Origin: Chloroflexota bacterium
GTDB taxonomy: Bacteria > Chloroflexota > Limnocylindria > Limnocylindrales > CSP1-4
Reading direction: 5' to 3'
Length of the DNA: 43,293 nt
Assembly: GCA_017881885.1 (NCBI GenBank)
Contig: JADGQJ010000001.1
Coordinates: forward strand, 1 to 43,293
The notes under the pieces were generated by a model that did not search any database, was not told the DNA's origin, and worked only from the letters and a program-made list of their open reading frames with translations. Made by a program: the position numbers and the translations under genes. Below are positions 20,884 through 29,886 of this stretch, piece by piece (within the stretch, counting starts at the first letter, position 1; the number at the start of each line of letters is the position of its first letter).

Positions 20884-21090
20884 TCAGCGCTTGTCCCTGC
20901 GTCCAGTCTCCCGCCGGGAGCCGGTAATGAGTACGAGTACGCGCTCAATACCGATCTCGATGAAGCGAAGGAGACCAAAGAAGGACAGGTCGATCAGGCC
21001 GAGGTCCTCAGCCGGAACCTGCACGCGACGACCATCCGCCCGAACGAGGACGACGAGGCGGCGGCGGTTCCGATTGTCGAACAGGCCCAA
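20884..21090 (-). CDS. Candidate ilv leader ORF (68 codons, TTG start) rich in Leu/Val/Ile runs
   Basis: GGAG lies 7 nt upstream of TTG. 22 of 68 codons are L/V/I, including LVVLV (codons 12-16) and VLVLI (codons 51-55). The ORF sits between a possible promoter and the terminator. It may be shorter, with an in-frame GTG at codon 23. Confidence 0.35.
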   Translation of the reverse strand: MGLFDNRNRRRLVVLVRADGRRVQVPAEDLGLIDLSFFGLLRFIEIGIERVLVLITGSRRETGRRDKR

Positions 21091-21144
21091 CCTGATTCTC
21101 CGTAGCTAACGCACACCGGGCTTCACGGCCCGCAGTGTTCGGCG

Positions 21145-21174
21145 AGTGTAGCAGCAGCGGTCAACCCGTGTCCC
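21145..21174 (-). promoter_or_regulatory. Possible sigma-A type promoter for the ilv leader
   Basis: On the minus strand: GGGACA, an 18 nt spacer, then TACACT (TAnnnT). This rests on sequence resemblance only. Confidence 0.2.
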
Positions 21175-21267
21175 AGAAGCCCGTCACATGGCCCTGGGAC
21201 GATGGTACCGGAGGTATCGCCCGGCAAACGCACCACTGGAATCGGGCTCGCGGCCGCCTCGGCCGAC

Positions 21268-22131
21268 CTATCCCGCCCGGTCGACCGGAGCCAACGCGTC
21301 GTCGAGTGCCGCACGAAGGTTCGCTGCGGCCTGGAGGTCCAGCTGCACGAATCGCAGGCCGGCCGTCGTTTCGACCCCGGCAATCTGGGCCAGCCGCTTC
21401 ATCGTGTTTTCGAACGTGACGAGCGATACGTCTGCGCCCGAGAGCCGCTCGTAGTATCCGAAGGGATTATCGAGATCCCTGATCAACAGCAGAAGGAACA
21501 CCAGCAGGTAAGCAATGACGCCGGTGAATGTCAGTGATTCGTGGAACGGATCCATCTGAGCCAGGACCAGCCCGGCGCAGAGAAGGCCCGTGATGATGTA
21601 GGCCAGCATGTATCCGGCCGCGACGAAGTCGGTTTCCCGGATCGTCTCGATGCGGATCAGGGTCCGCCGGAGGTTGCTCTGCTCCGCCTTGAGCCGCGCT
21701 ACGAACGTCGATTGGGTCCACGGCTCGAGCATTCCGAAATCCGTCGTCAGAGCGTTGAGCTGCCCCAGCAGCATCTCCGTGTCGAGCTTCTTGTAGAACC
21801 AGGCGTGGATGTCGTTGCTCAACTGCGCCAGCGCGATCAGACACGGGCCGACAACGGCTTCGGGCTTGGAGACCCTCATGCCCACCACTTCTTGGACCAT
21901 GTTCTCGAGACAGGCGCCCAACTCGCCGGGAAGACGCTCGCTCTCCTTGTAGTCCGATAGGACGCCGCTCAGGAGAAAGCCCATCAGGAACACGTTCGCG
22001 GCGATTATGCCGGTGAACAGTGGGTTGATGGTGATGATTTCCCAGCGCAGGTAGTGGATGAGGATCTTCGCGCCCATCAGTACGGCGACAACGGCCACGA
22101 CACGGAGCAGAAGACGGTGGTGGCTCTTCAT
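21268..22131 (-). CDS. Bestrophin-like / DUF4239-like membrane protein
   Basis: Two N-terminal and two C-terminal TM helices flank a soluble helical region. The C-terminal IRDLDNPFGYY motif resembles the bestrophin/DUF4239 (D/E)xPF signature. Confidence 0.65.
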   Translation of the reverse strand: MKSHHRLLLRVVAVVAVLMGAKILIHYLRWEIITINPLFTGIIAANVFLMGFLLSGVLSDYKESERLPGELGACLENMVQEVVGMRVSKPEAVVGPCLIALAQLSNDIHAWFYKKLDTEMLLGQLNALTTDFGMLEPWTQSTFVARLKAEQSNLRRTLIRIETIRETDFVAAGYMLAYIITGLLCAGLVLAQMDPFHESLTFTGVIAYLLVFLLLLIRDLDNPFGYYERLSGADVSLVTFENTMKRLAQIAGVETTAGLRFVQLDLQAAANLRAALDDALAPVDRAG

Positions 22132-22254
22132 GGACGGGGTGACTCTCTCGTCTAGCTACGCCGGAAGCCCGGTTGGGCCGGCATCGGACGAAGAGTACGC
22201 GGCCCCAGGGCCCGCTGCCAGTGTGCTTGCGGGCTGTGGGACTGACCGAAGGCG

Positions 22255-23838
22255 CTACATGTTCTTGAAGCGCGGCCCCTCGCCACCCTCGGGCGGCACC
22301 CAGCGGATATTGGCGTACGGGCATTTCACCGTGCAGGTCATGCAGTGGAGGCAATTCGACGGGCTCAGCGCGATCTGATCGTCGTTCCACCGATAAACCT
22401 GCCCCGGGCAGAAGTGGGTGCACGAGTTCGCGAACCGCTCGGTGCACTCCAGACACTTGGACGGGTCCAGGATCGTGACGTGGGACGGCTCGTCCTCACG
22501 GTGGAGTGATCCGGTCAGGCTTACGAAGGTCGTCTGGTCCATCCGACCGAGGTCTTTCCTTCTTAGCCGCGCCCCCCGCTTCGTGCCCAGATAGTCGGGG
22601 TGGGTCTTGAGGCGCATCGGCAGGCGGCTCTGGATCAGTGAGAGCGGCGTCCCGACGTAGAGCCCCCAGCGGAAGCTCTGGCGGTAGTTCCGGGCATGCT
22701 CGAGTTCGGCCATGATCCCGCGCTTGACCAGTCGATCGCGATATGACGAGAGCGGCTGCACCCCGAAGTCACCGGTCGCGTACGCGTCGGCAATCGTTTC
22801 CGCAGCGCAGATCCCGCTTTGGACCGCGTAGTGGATCCCCTTGATCTTCTCCATGTTCACGAAACCGGCCCCGTCACCGACCACCAGAGCGCCCGGCGCG
22901 CTGAGCGGCCCGATCGATAGGTAGCCGCCCTCTGGGATCGTCTTCGCGCCGGTGGCGATGATCACGCCGCCATGCAGCTGCCGCTCGATGAACGGGTGGG
23001 CGCGGAACCGCTCGAACTCGAGCTGAGGGTTCAGGTCGCCGTACTTCCAGTCCAGGCCCAGGATCATACCGACCGCGACGGTCTTCTCGCCCATGCTGTA
23101 CATGAACCCACCGCCGAACACGCTCGAAGGGGACGGGTAGCCCAACGTGTGCACGACCCGGTTGTGCCCAAAGGGGTTTTCGTCGGTGAACTGGACGAGC
23201 GCCTTGATCCCGAGCGAGTAGACCTGCGGGTTCCGTCCGGCCCCGAAGACCTCGCGGAACTGCGTCGATAGCGCGCCGTGAGTGCCGTCGGCCAGGATCG
23301 TGACCTTCGCTCGGATCTCCTCGCCGGGCATGTAGTTCGGCTTCTCCTCGCCGCTCTTGTCGAGGCCGACTTCGGCCAGCTTCACGCCCTTCACAACTCC
23401 CTGCTCGACCATCAGCGATCGAGCAGAGTAGCCGTGATAGATCTCCACTCCCCGCTTCTCGGCCTGCTGGGTTAGGAACTGGACCAGGTTCGAGAGCGAG
23501 ATCGTGACGTCGCCCTTGTGGTGCATTCGCTTGGGCACAACGAACGGTGGGATGCGCACGGCGGCGCCGCGCAGCAGGAAGTACATCTCGTCGCGCTCGA
23601 CCGGGGTCACGTGGTCGGTCAGGAGACTGCGCTCGGTCTGCCACCCGGGCAGGAGCTCTTCCAGGCATTTCGCCTCGAACGCGGCCCCCGAAAGGTTGTG
23701 ATACCCGTTTCCAAACGCCTTGTCGATCACGACGACCGAGGCGTCACTCCCATCCCGGTCCAGGCGCTCGCGCAGGCGGATCGCAGCGGCGAGTCCGGCC
23801 GGGCCGGCGCCGACGATCAGGATGTCGATCGGCTTCAT
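22255..23838 (-). CDS. Electron-transfer flavoprotein:quinone oxidoreductase (FixC-FixX-like, ETF-QO)
   Basis: N-terminal FAD fold ILIVGAGPAGLAAAIRL. C-terminal 4Fe-4S region CLECTERFANSCTHFCP..CLHCMTCTVKCP..IRWVPPEGGEGPRFKNM is typical of ETF-QO. Confidence 0.9.
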   Translation of the reverse strand: MKPIDILIVGAGPAGLAAAIRLRERLDRDGSDASVVVIDKAFGNGYHNLSGAAFEAKCLEELLPGWQTERSLLTDHVTPVERDEMYFLLRGAAVRIPPFVVPKRMHHKGDVTISLSNLVQFLTQQAEKRGVEIYHGYSARSLMVEQGVVKGVKLAEVGLDKSGEEKPNYMPGEEIRAKVTILADGTHGALSTQFREVFGAGRNPQVYSLGIKALVQFTDENPFGHNRVVHTLGYPSPSSVFGGGFMYSMGEKTVAVGMILGLDWKYGDLNPQLEFERFRAHPFIERQLHGGVIIATGAKTIPEGGYLSIGPLSAPGALVVGDGAGFVNMEKIKGIHYAVQSGICAAETIADAYATGDFGVQPLSSYRDRLVKRGIMAELEHARNYRQSFRWGLYVGTPLSLIQSRLPMRLKTHPDYLGTKRGARLRRKDLGRMDQTTFVSLTGSLHREDEPSHVTILDPSKCLECTERFANSCTHFCPGQVYRWNDDQIALSPSNCLHCMTCTVKCPYANIRWVPPEGGEGPRFKNM

Positions 23839-25796
23839 GCTGGGGCTCCGTCGAGCACGCGGGTGAGCCCCGGCAGGATGGTCTCGATGTCACCCACCAT
23901 TCCGAAGTCCGCGTAGTTGAAGATTCGCGCCTTGGGATCCTTGTTGATGGCGACGATGATCTCCGAGCCTTGCATGCCCGAGATGTGCTGCACGGCGCCC
24001 GAGATCCCGATCGCCACATACAGCCTGGGCTGAACCGTTTGGCCGGTTTGCCCGACCTGGTGATCGTGCGTGGTGAAGCCGTCCTCCACCGCAATTCGCG
24101 AGGCGCCGACCTTGGCGTTGCCGCCGAGCAGCCTGCCAAGCCCTTCGGCGATCGGATGCAGGAGACGCTCGAAGTCCTTCTTTGAGCGGAGGCCGTGGCC
24201 CCCTGCGACGAGGATATCGGCGTCGCGGATCGAGACCTTGCCGGCAAGCGACTCCACGGCCACCGAGCGCAAGCGCAGCTGCTTCACGTCCAGGTCCGCC
24301 TTCACCCTGATGATCTCGCCAGTGCGAGCCGGGTCCGGCGGCGGGACCCGGAACACGCCTGGTCGCACGGTCGCCATCTGCGTGTCCGAGTCTTTGGTCA
24401 GGATCGTGGCCATGATGTTGCCGCCCAGCGCCGGTCGCGTCTGCTTGAGTATCCCAACAAGAGAGAGGCTTCCCTTGGTGTAATCGCCGATCTCGAGCTT
24501 TGTGCAGTCGGCGGTGAGTCCCGAGCTACAGGCGTAGGCCACCCGTGGCGCGAGTTCGCGGCCCATGGGTGTCGCCCCGAAGAGCATGACCTGAGGGCGG
24601 CGCTCGCAGACCAGTCGCGAGATCGCCGTCTTGTAGGGCATGGGCAGGTATTCACCCAGGAGTGGGTGCTCGATCGCGTACACCTTATCGGCGCCGCGCG
24701 CGATCAGCTCCTGGGGCAGATCCCCGGCGTCGTCGCATGGCAGAACCGCTCCAACCATCACCCCCAAACCGGCGGCAAGTTCCCGGGCCTTGCCCAGCAG
24801 CTCCAGGGAGACAGAGCGGATCCCATCCCCTTCGCGCTCCGCGAGGACCCAGAACTCGCCCGCGTACGTCGGCGTCTTGCCATCCAGGTTGTACGGCTCG
24901 CCCTCCACCGTCCGGGACCGACTGCCCGCAGCCTGGTAGCGAGTCTTGATGAGGTCGATCAGCTCCGCTGGATCGTGAACGAACTCGCAGGCCTTGGACC
25001 GCTCTTCGCTGGGCGAGAAGATGCGGTAGACCTGGGTCCGCGACCCCTGCAATCCGGTCCTGGCGGGATCGGCCCCCACCGACTCCGCGCTCCATTCCCG
25101 GACCTCGCCGGAGTTGGCCTCGCGAGCCAGATGGAACGCCCGATAGAGCGGATCCATGCAGGCGGTGACCGTGACCAGCACGGGATACTTCAGGGGACGG
25201 ACGATCTCCGTGCCCTGCGGGCCGATCCGGGTAACCGCCAGATCGGGCTGTACCTCAACGCCCTTGGCGTAGGCGATGTGCTCGATCCCCAGCTCCTCGG
25301 CGATCTGGGGAGGTACCTGCGCGGTGTCGCCGTCGACGGATTGCATCCCCGTGACGATGACGTAGCGGCGGTCTCCGCCGAAGATCTCCCGCTCGATCCG
25401 CCGGATCGCGCACGCCAGTGAATAGGCCGTGGCCACCGTGTCTGCCCCGGCGAAAGCCCGGTCAGTGAGGAGGATCGCCTCGCCGGGAACGCGCGACAGG
25501 CAATCTATCAGCGTCTCTCTGGCCTGGGGCGGGCCCATGGAGAGATAGATCGTCCGGGAGTTCGCGTCGGTCTCCGTGATGCGCCGGGCGAACGTCAGGG
25601 CTTGGAGGTCCAGCGGGTTCAGGATGCTGTCGAGCATCGCCCGCTTCAGTGTCCCCTTCTCGCGATCCCACGCGTCCTCAGGGATGTTGGAGACGTCCGG
25701 CACCTGCTTGACCAGCACGATGCAATTGAGGGGCCGCCCGGCCGGCACAAGCGGCGGATCGACGGTCGGGTGCTCACCGCATGGCTCAGTGCTCAT
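23835..25796 (-). CDS. Fused electron-transfer flavoprotein beta-alpha (EtfB-EtfA in one polypeptide)
   Basis: The N-terminal half, IVLVKQVPDVSNI..LNPLDLQALTFARR, is EtfB/FixA-like. The C-terminal half, ..LPCDDAGDL..ADKVYAIEHP..LTADCTKLE..VAGGHGL..GASRIAVEDGF..QVGQTGQTVQPRLYVAIGISGAVQHISGMQGSEIIVAINKD, is EtfA/FixB-like. The stop overlaps the ETF-QO ATG (ATGA). Confidence 0.85.
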   Translation of the reverse strand: MSTEPCGEHPTVDPPLVPAGRPLNCIVLVKQVPDVSNIPEDAWDREKGTLKRAMLDSILNPLDLQALTFARRITETDANSRTIYLSMGPPQARETLIDCLSRVPGEAILLTDRAFAGADTVATAYSLACAIRRIEREIFGGDRRYVIVTGMQSVDGDTAQVPPQIAEELGIEHIAYAKGVEVQPDLAVTRIGPQGTEIVRPLKYPVLVTVTACMDPLYRAFHLAREANSGEVREWSAESVGADPARTGLQGSRTQVYRIFSPSEERSKACEFVHDPAELIDLIKTRYQAAGSRSRTVEGEPYNLDGKTPTYAGEFWVLAEREGDGIRSVSLELLGKARELAAGLGVMVGAVLPCDDAGDLPQELIARGADKVYAIEHPLLGEYLPMPYKTAISRLVCERRPQVMLFGATPMGRELAPRVAYACSSGLTADCTKLEIGDYTKGSLSLVGILKQTRPALGGNIMATILTKDSDTQMATVRPGVFRVPPPDPARTGEIIRVKADLDVKQLRLRSVAVESLAGKVSIRDADILVAGGHGLRSKKDFERLLHPIAEGLGRLLGGNAKVGASRIAVEDGFTTHDHQVGQTGQTVQPRLYVAIGISGAVQHISGMQGSEIIVAINKDPKARIFNYADFGMVGDIETILPGLTRVLDGAPA

Positions 25797-25941
25797 GAAC
25801 GGTATCTGCAGAGTCGTCCACCAGACCCTGTTCTGCCGAACCCGGGCATGGTCAAACCTCCGTCAAACAGGGACCCGCTCCGGCGGATCAGAGCATTCGA
25901 GTCCACTCGCAAGCCATTGTAGGTTCCGGGGATGGCCATCG

Positions 25942-28839
25942 TTAGGGCTGGAGGAGCACATCCTCAGGCGTGCTTTCGGCCCCTTCCGTGGAGCGCCGAT
26001 GGAACGGCCACCAGGCCCACTCCCCGATGAAGGCCGTGATGGCCGGGACCAGCAGGCTTCGGACGATGAACGTGTCGATCAGGACTCCGAGCCCGACGGT
26101 CACGCCGACCTGGAAGAGCAGCTGCAAAGGCGAGGTGATCAGCGCCCCAAACGTCCCCGCCAGGATCAAACCGGCCGAAGTGATGACCGTTCCTGTTCGA
26201 GCGGAGGCGGCGCGGATGCCTTCTCGCAGCGGCCGGGTCGCGCTCTCCTCTCGCACCCGAGACATCAGGAAGATGTTGTAGTCCGAGCCGAGCGCCACCA
26301 GAAGGACGAAGACCATGAGAGGGATGAAGTAGTTGAGCCCGGCCTGGCCGAAGACTGTCTGCAGGAGGAACGCCGAGAGGCTCAAGCTGGCGCCATACGA
26401 CAGCAGCACCGTCAGGACCAGGTAGGCCGGCGCCGTCAGCGCCCGCAGGAGCAGGATCAGGACGAGCAGAATTCCGACGATCGTGATCACGGCCACCCGC
26501 AGGAAGTCGGTCGAGATCGTCGACTGAACGTCGGTGTACTCGGCGGTGGAGCCCCCGACGTATGTCGTCGCGCCCGGCCCGAAGCTCGCCGCCTGGCCGG
26601 CCATCAGCGTTCGCAGCGATCGAACCGTGTCGAAGGCCTTGGTGTCGTAAGGGTTGGCGACGGTGGTCACGTATAGCCGCGCGACGTCACCGGCGCCGGA
26701 CTCGTACGCGGCCAGCAGGTCCGGCGGGGCGTACAGGTCGTCCGCGCCGAACGCGGCGGCAACCTCACGCAGCTCCCCGGGGAGGCGGGCACGGGCAGCC
26801 GCCGAAGCTTGCGCAGCGGCCAGCTGCGCGGCGGTCGGCGACTCGCTCGCCGGCACGAAGTAGAAAGCGGCCGGCTGGGCCTCGAACCAGGCTTGCATCT
26901 GGCGGACCGCCCCAACCAGGGTGACGAATGCGGCAGCATCGCCCGTAGCGGCGACCTTCGAGATGGAAGCCTGGGCCGCCTTGTACGAATCGGTCGCAGC
27001 GAGCGCCGGGACTGCCCCACCGAGCTCGTCCAGATAGGCCTTGACCTGGGCAAGCTGGGCTGCCGCCGGGCTGCTCGGAGCGGACCCTGGCGGCCCGGCG
27101 ACAGCCTGCAGCCGATCGGCGATGGCGCCCACCTGATTCGCGGCCAGAGCCTGGGTTCGGCCGGCGACGACGCTCTTCTGAAGAATGGCAACATCAGCCT
27201 TCGCGCCGCTGAACGCCGCGCCGGCAAGGCTGGGATGGCCGGGCTGAGCGCCGTCCAGACCTCCCAGGTACGAGACGCCGGAGTTGATGGCCGCCAGAGA
27301 AGCGTCGCCGAGCTGGACGTTGATGTCCGTGCTCGGCGGTTTTGCGAACCCGTCGGCCATGGCGGCGAGTTGTGTCGCGGGCTTCAGAACGTCCGAGACC
27401 TTGCCCTCGCTCTTCGGGTCGACGACGCTGTTGACCGACTGCACGTCCGGCAGCGCGGCGATACGTTGCTCCAGCTGACCGATTCGCGCGAGCGCGTCCG
27501 AGCCGGCCAGATTCCCGTCCGGGACCTTGATCAGAACGTTGAGCGGCATGAGCTGGCCTTCGGCCAGGTGTTGGCTCAGGGTCTGGAACCCGACCCGCGA
27601 TTCGGCCCCGCCCGGCAGCTCCTCGAGAACGTTGAAGTTCTCCTTGAGCTGCGGCAGCGCCAGCAGCGGCGCAGCCAGAAGGACGAGTACCAGACCCGCC
27701 AGCAGCCCGGGACGGTCCGTGATCCGCCGGGCCAGCGCGGCCCAGAACCCCTTCTCCTCCGAATCGACGGTTCGAGTCTGCTCGTGGCGCGGCCAGAAGA
27801 GCCGCCGCCCGAAGATCGCCAGCAGCGAGGGCGTCAGGGTCAGCCCGGCCAGCAGCGTGACGAAGATCGTGATTGCCAGAGCCGGGCCGGTCGTCTGGAT
27901 CATGCCGAAGCTGGCGACGATCATCGAGCTCAGGCCTACGATCACGGTCGCCGCCGAGGCTGCGATGACCGCGCCCATCCGGCTCACGGTCACGCGAACC
28001 GCGTCGGCATAGCTATTCCTCCCCAACTCCTCGCGGAATCGGGAGACGAGGAAGATCGTGTAGTCGGTGCCGACGCCGAAGACGAGAACGACGATGAACG
28101 AATCGAGGACGGACGACAGCTTCCAGCCGCCCTGGGCCATGAAGCCCAGCACGCCGCGCGAGACCATGAACGCGCAGCCGATCGTGACCAGCGGAACCAG
28201 GGCCGCCAGCGGGGCGCGGTAGATGATGAGCAGGACCACGACGACGAGCAGGATCGTGACCAGGGTCGTACTGTCCGTGCCCTGCTTGATGGCGGCGAGA
28301 TAGTCGCGCCCGATCCCGGCCTGGCCGCTTACCTGGGCCACGAGCCCGGCCGGAAGCGCGCCCGCGGAAACCAGATGAGCACGTAGGGCATCGATCGCGT
28401 CGTTGGTCCGCGGCAGGAATGAAGGCGAGTCGAGGTCCACACGCGCGAGTTCAACCACCCCGTCGGAGCTACGGAACATCGAGGCCAAGGAAGGCGACTT
28501 CTCGGCGGTGACGTATCGCTCGATCGCGTCGGGATGCCCGGTCCCTTCGAACCAGGCCCGCAGGCTCTCGATGGCGGTCCGGTCCGCGTCGGTCAGGCCG
28601 CTCGATCGGGAGAAGACGATGAGAGCCACCGACGGCGCCGAGTCGTTCGGGAAGGCGTCCTTGATGACGTTTCGAGCGGCCAGTGACTCCGCGTTCGCGG
28701 GCAGGAAGCTGGTTTCGTCTGCGGAGCCGACCTCAGAGAGGGAGGGCCCCAGCGCTCCGAACAGGACCGCTCCGACAACCCAGCCGGCGAGCAGGAGGAA
28801 GCGGAGCTTGAGCACCAGCCGGCCGAGACGATCGAACAT
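25942..28839 (-). CDS. MMPL-family RND-type membrane transporter
   Basis: MFDRLGRLVLKLRFLLLAG.. Two 6-TM MMPL halves carry the conserved GVGTDYTIFLVSRFREE and ALGSDYNIFLMSRVREE motifs. ATG 28839 is preceded by GGGGAG. Confidence 0.9.
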   Translation of the reverse strand: MFDRLGRLVLKLRFLLLAGWVVGAVLFGALGPSLSEVGSADETSFLPANAESLAARNVIKDAFPNDSAPSVALIVFSRSSGLTDADRTAIESLRAWFEGTGHPDAIERYVTAEKSPSLASMFRSSDGVVELARVDLDSPSFLPRTNDAIDALRAHLVSAGALPAGLVAQVSGQAGIGRDYLAAIKQGTDSTTLVTILLVVVVLLIIYRAPLAALVPLVTIGCAFMVSRGVLGFMAQGGWKLSSVLDSFIVVLVFGVGTDYTIFLVSRFREELGRNSYADAVRVTVSRMGAVIAASAATVIVGLSSMIVASFGMIQTTGPALAITIFVTLLAGLTLTPSLLAIFGRRLFWPRHEQTRTVDSEEKGFWAALARRITDRPGLLAGLVLVLLAAPLLALPQLKENFNVLEELPGGAESRVGFQTLSQHLAEGQLMPLNVLIKVPDGNLAGSDALARIGQLEQRIAALPDVQSVNSVVDPKSEGKVSDVLKPATQLAAMADGFAKPPSTDINVQLGDASLAAINSGVSYLGGLDGAQPGHPSLAGAAFSGAKADVAILQKSVVAGRTQALAANQVGAIADRLQAVAGPPGSAPSSPAAAQLAQVKAYLDELGGAVPALAATDSYKAAQASISKVAATGDAAAFVTLVGAVRQMQAWFEAQPAAFYFVPASESPTAAQLAAAQASAAARARLPGELREVAAAFGADDLYAPPDLLAAYESGAGDVARLYVTTVANPYDTKAFDTVRSLRTLMAGQAASFGPGATTYVGGSTAEYTDVQSTISTDFLRVAVITIVGILLVLILLLRALTAPAYLVLTVLLSYGASLSLSAFLLQTVFGQAGLNYFIPLMVFVLLVALGSDYNIFLMSRVREESATRPLREGIRAASARTGTVITSAGLILAGTFGALITSPLQLLFQVGVTVGLGVLIDTFIVRSLLVPAITAFIGEWAWWPFHRRSTEGAESTPEDVLLQP

Positions 28840-28926
28840 CGGGCTCCCCTGTTGCCGAATCCTGCATCGGCCCGGCACGCGGCCGGGCGTCAATTGGCAG
28901 GGACGGCGTTTCCGATTGTAGAACTG

Positions 28927-29886
28927 CTACGCCGCACTCGCCGATAAGGGTTCGCCCTCAGCCGTCGCGTCGCCGCGTGGCCGGCGCAGCATCGGAATCG
29001 CCGCCAGCACCGCCGGCGAGGTGATCCACAGAACGGGCATGGCGATCACCGTGGCGACGGGCACGACCCAGCGTCGATCGGTCCGGGCTCCCCAGACGAT
29101 CAAAGCCGCCGCGGCCGCCAGGCGCAGGACGAGCGGCGGAATCAGCCACTGGTACGAAGAATTCTCGACCGGCCCGGTGGCGCTGGAGCTCGTCAGGAAC
29201 TTGGCCCAGTCGAACCACGCGCCGGGAACGATGACGAACGACACGAGGCTGATCGCGGCGGTGGCGCCGAGCGCGATTGCCAGCGACCGCCACTCCCTCC
29301 GAACCAGGAACCACAGCAGCGAGATGCCGGGCGTGACCTTGGTGAGGATGCCGATCGACCACAGGGCGGGGTAGCGGAAACCGAGCACGCAGACGGTCGC
29401 GAGCAGCAGGTGGACGTTGCCTTCGTAGAGCTCCAGCGAAACCGGGATGAAGGCCAGCCACAGGAACGTATAGCGTCGTGTCAGCCACACGAGATTCGCG
29501 GCCAGAAACCCGGCCCACAACAAGTAGAACGCACCGAAGACAAGGTTGTGGACCGGCGCAAAGAACAGCGCCACAGCCGGGCTATACGTGAACGAGCCGA
29601 CATCACCGAGCGGCGTAGCGTATGGGTGCTGAGGAGAGACGGCCCAGTAGGCGTATGCGTCAAAGCCGATGGTTCCCCTGGCCGGACCGATCACCAGCAG
29701 CAGCCAGCCCAGGAACAGGATGCCGAAACCCGACAGGCCGAGGATCGTCGGCGCGCGGTAGATGCGGAGCCGCTCGGCCAGCCGATCCATCGGCCGCCGT
29801 GGAACGGCCGCCTGTGCGGCCGGGCGTTCGCCGGTCGGAAGTTCGCCGGTCGGAAGTTCGGCCGCCGCGGTGTCGGGAGAACTCAT
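28927..29886 (-). CDS. GT-C fold membrane glycosyltransferase, GT87/DUF2029-like (paralog 2)
   Basis: GFDAYAYW first-loop Asp. [24 protein letters not shown] matches paralog 1. The ATG at 29886 overlaps the stop of the upstream DDN-like gene (ATGA). The longer track ORF 28927..30621 is an out-of-frame read through that gene. Confidence 0.65.
   Translation of the reverse strand: MSSPDTAAAELPTGELPTGERPAAQAAVPRRPMDRLAERLRIYRAPTILGLSGFGILFLGWLLLVIGPARGTIGFDAYAYWAVSPQHPYATPLGDVGSFTYSPAVALFFAPVHNLVFGAFYLLWAGFLAANLVWLTRRYTFLWLAFIPVSLELYEGNVHLLLATVCVLGFRYPALWSIGILTKVTPGISLLWFLVRREWRSLAIALGATAAISLVSFVIVPGAWFDWAKFLTSSSATGPVENSSYQWLIPPLVLRLAAAAALIVWGARTDRRWVVPVATVIAMPVLWITSPAVLAAIPMLRRPRGDATAEGEPLSASAA

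Noticed and set aside
25890-25915. tRNA-like T-loop sequences: TTCGAGTCC here and GGTTCGAC near 33355
   Set aside because: The flanking bases cannot form T-stems and no acceptor or anticodon arms are present. No tRNA, tmRNA, rRNA, RNase P or SRP RNA signature was seen anywhere in the window.
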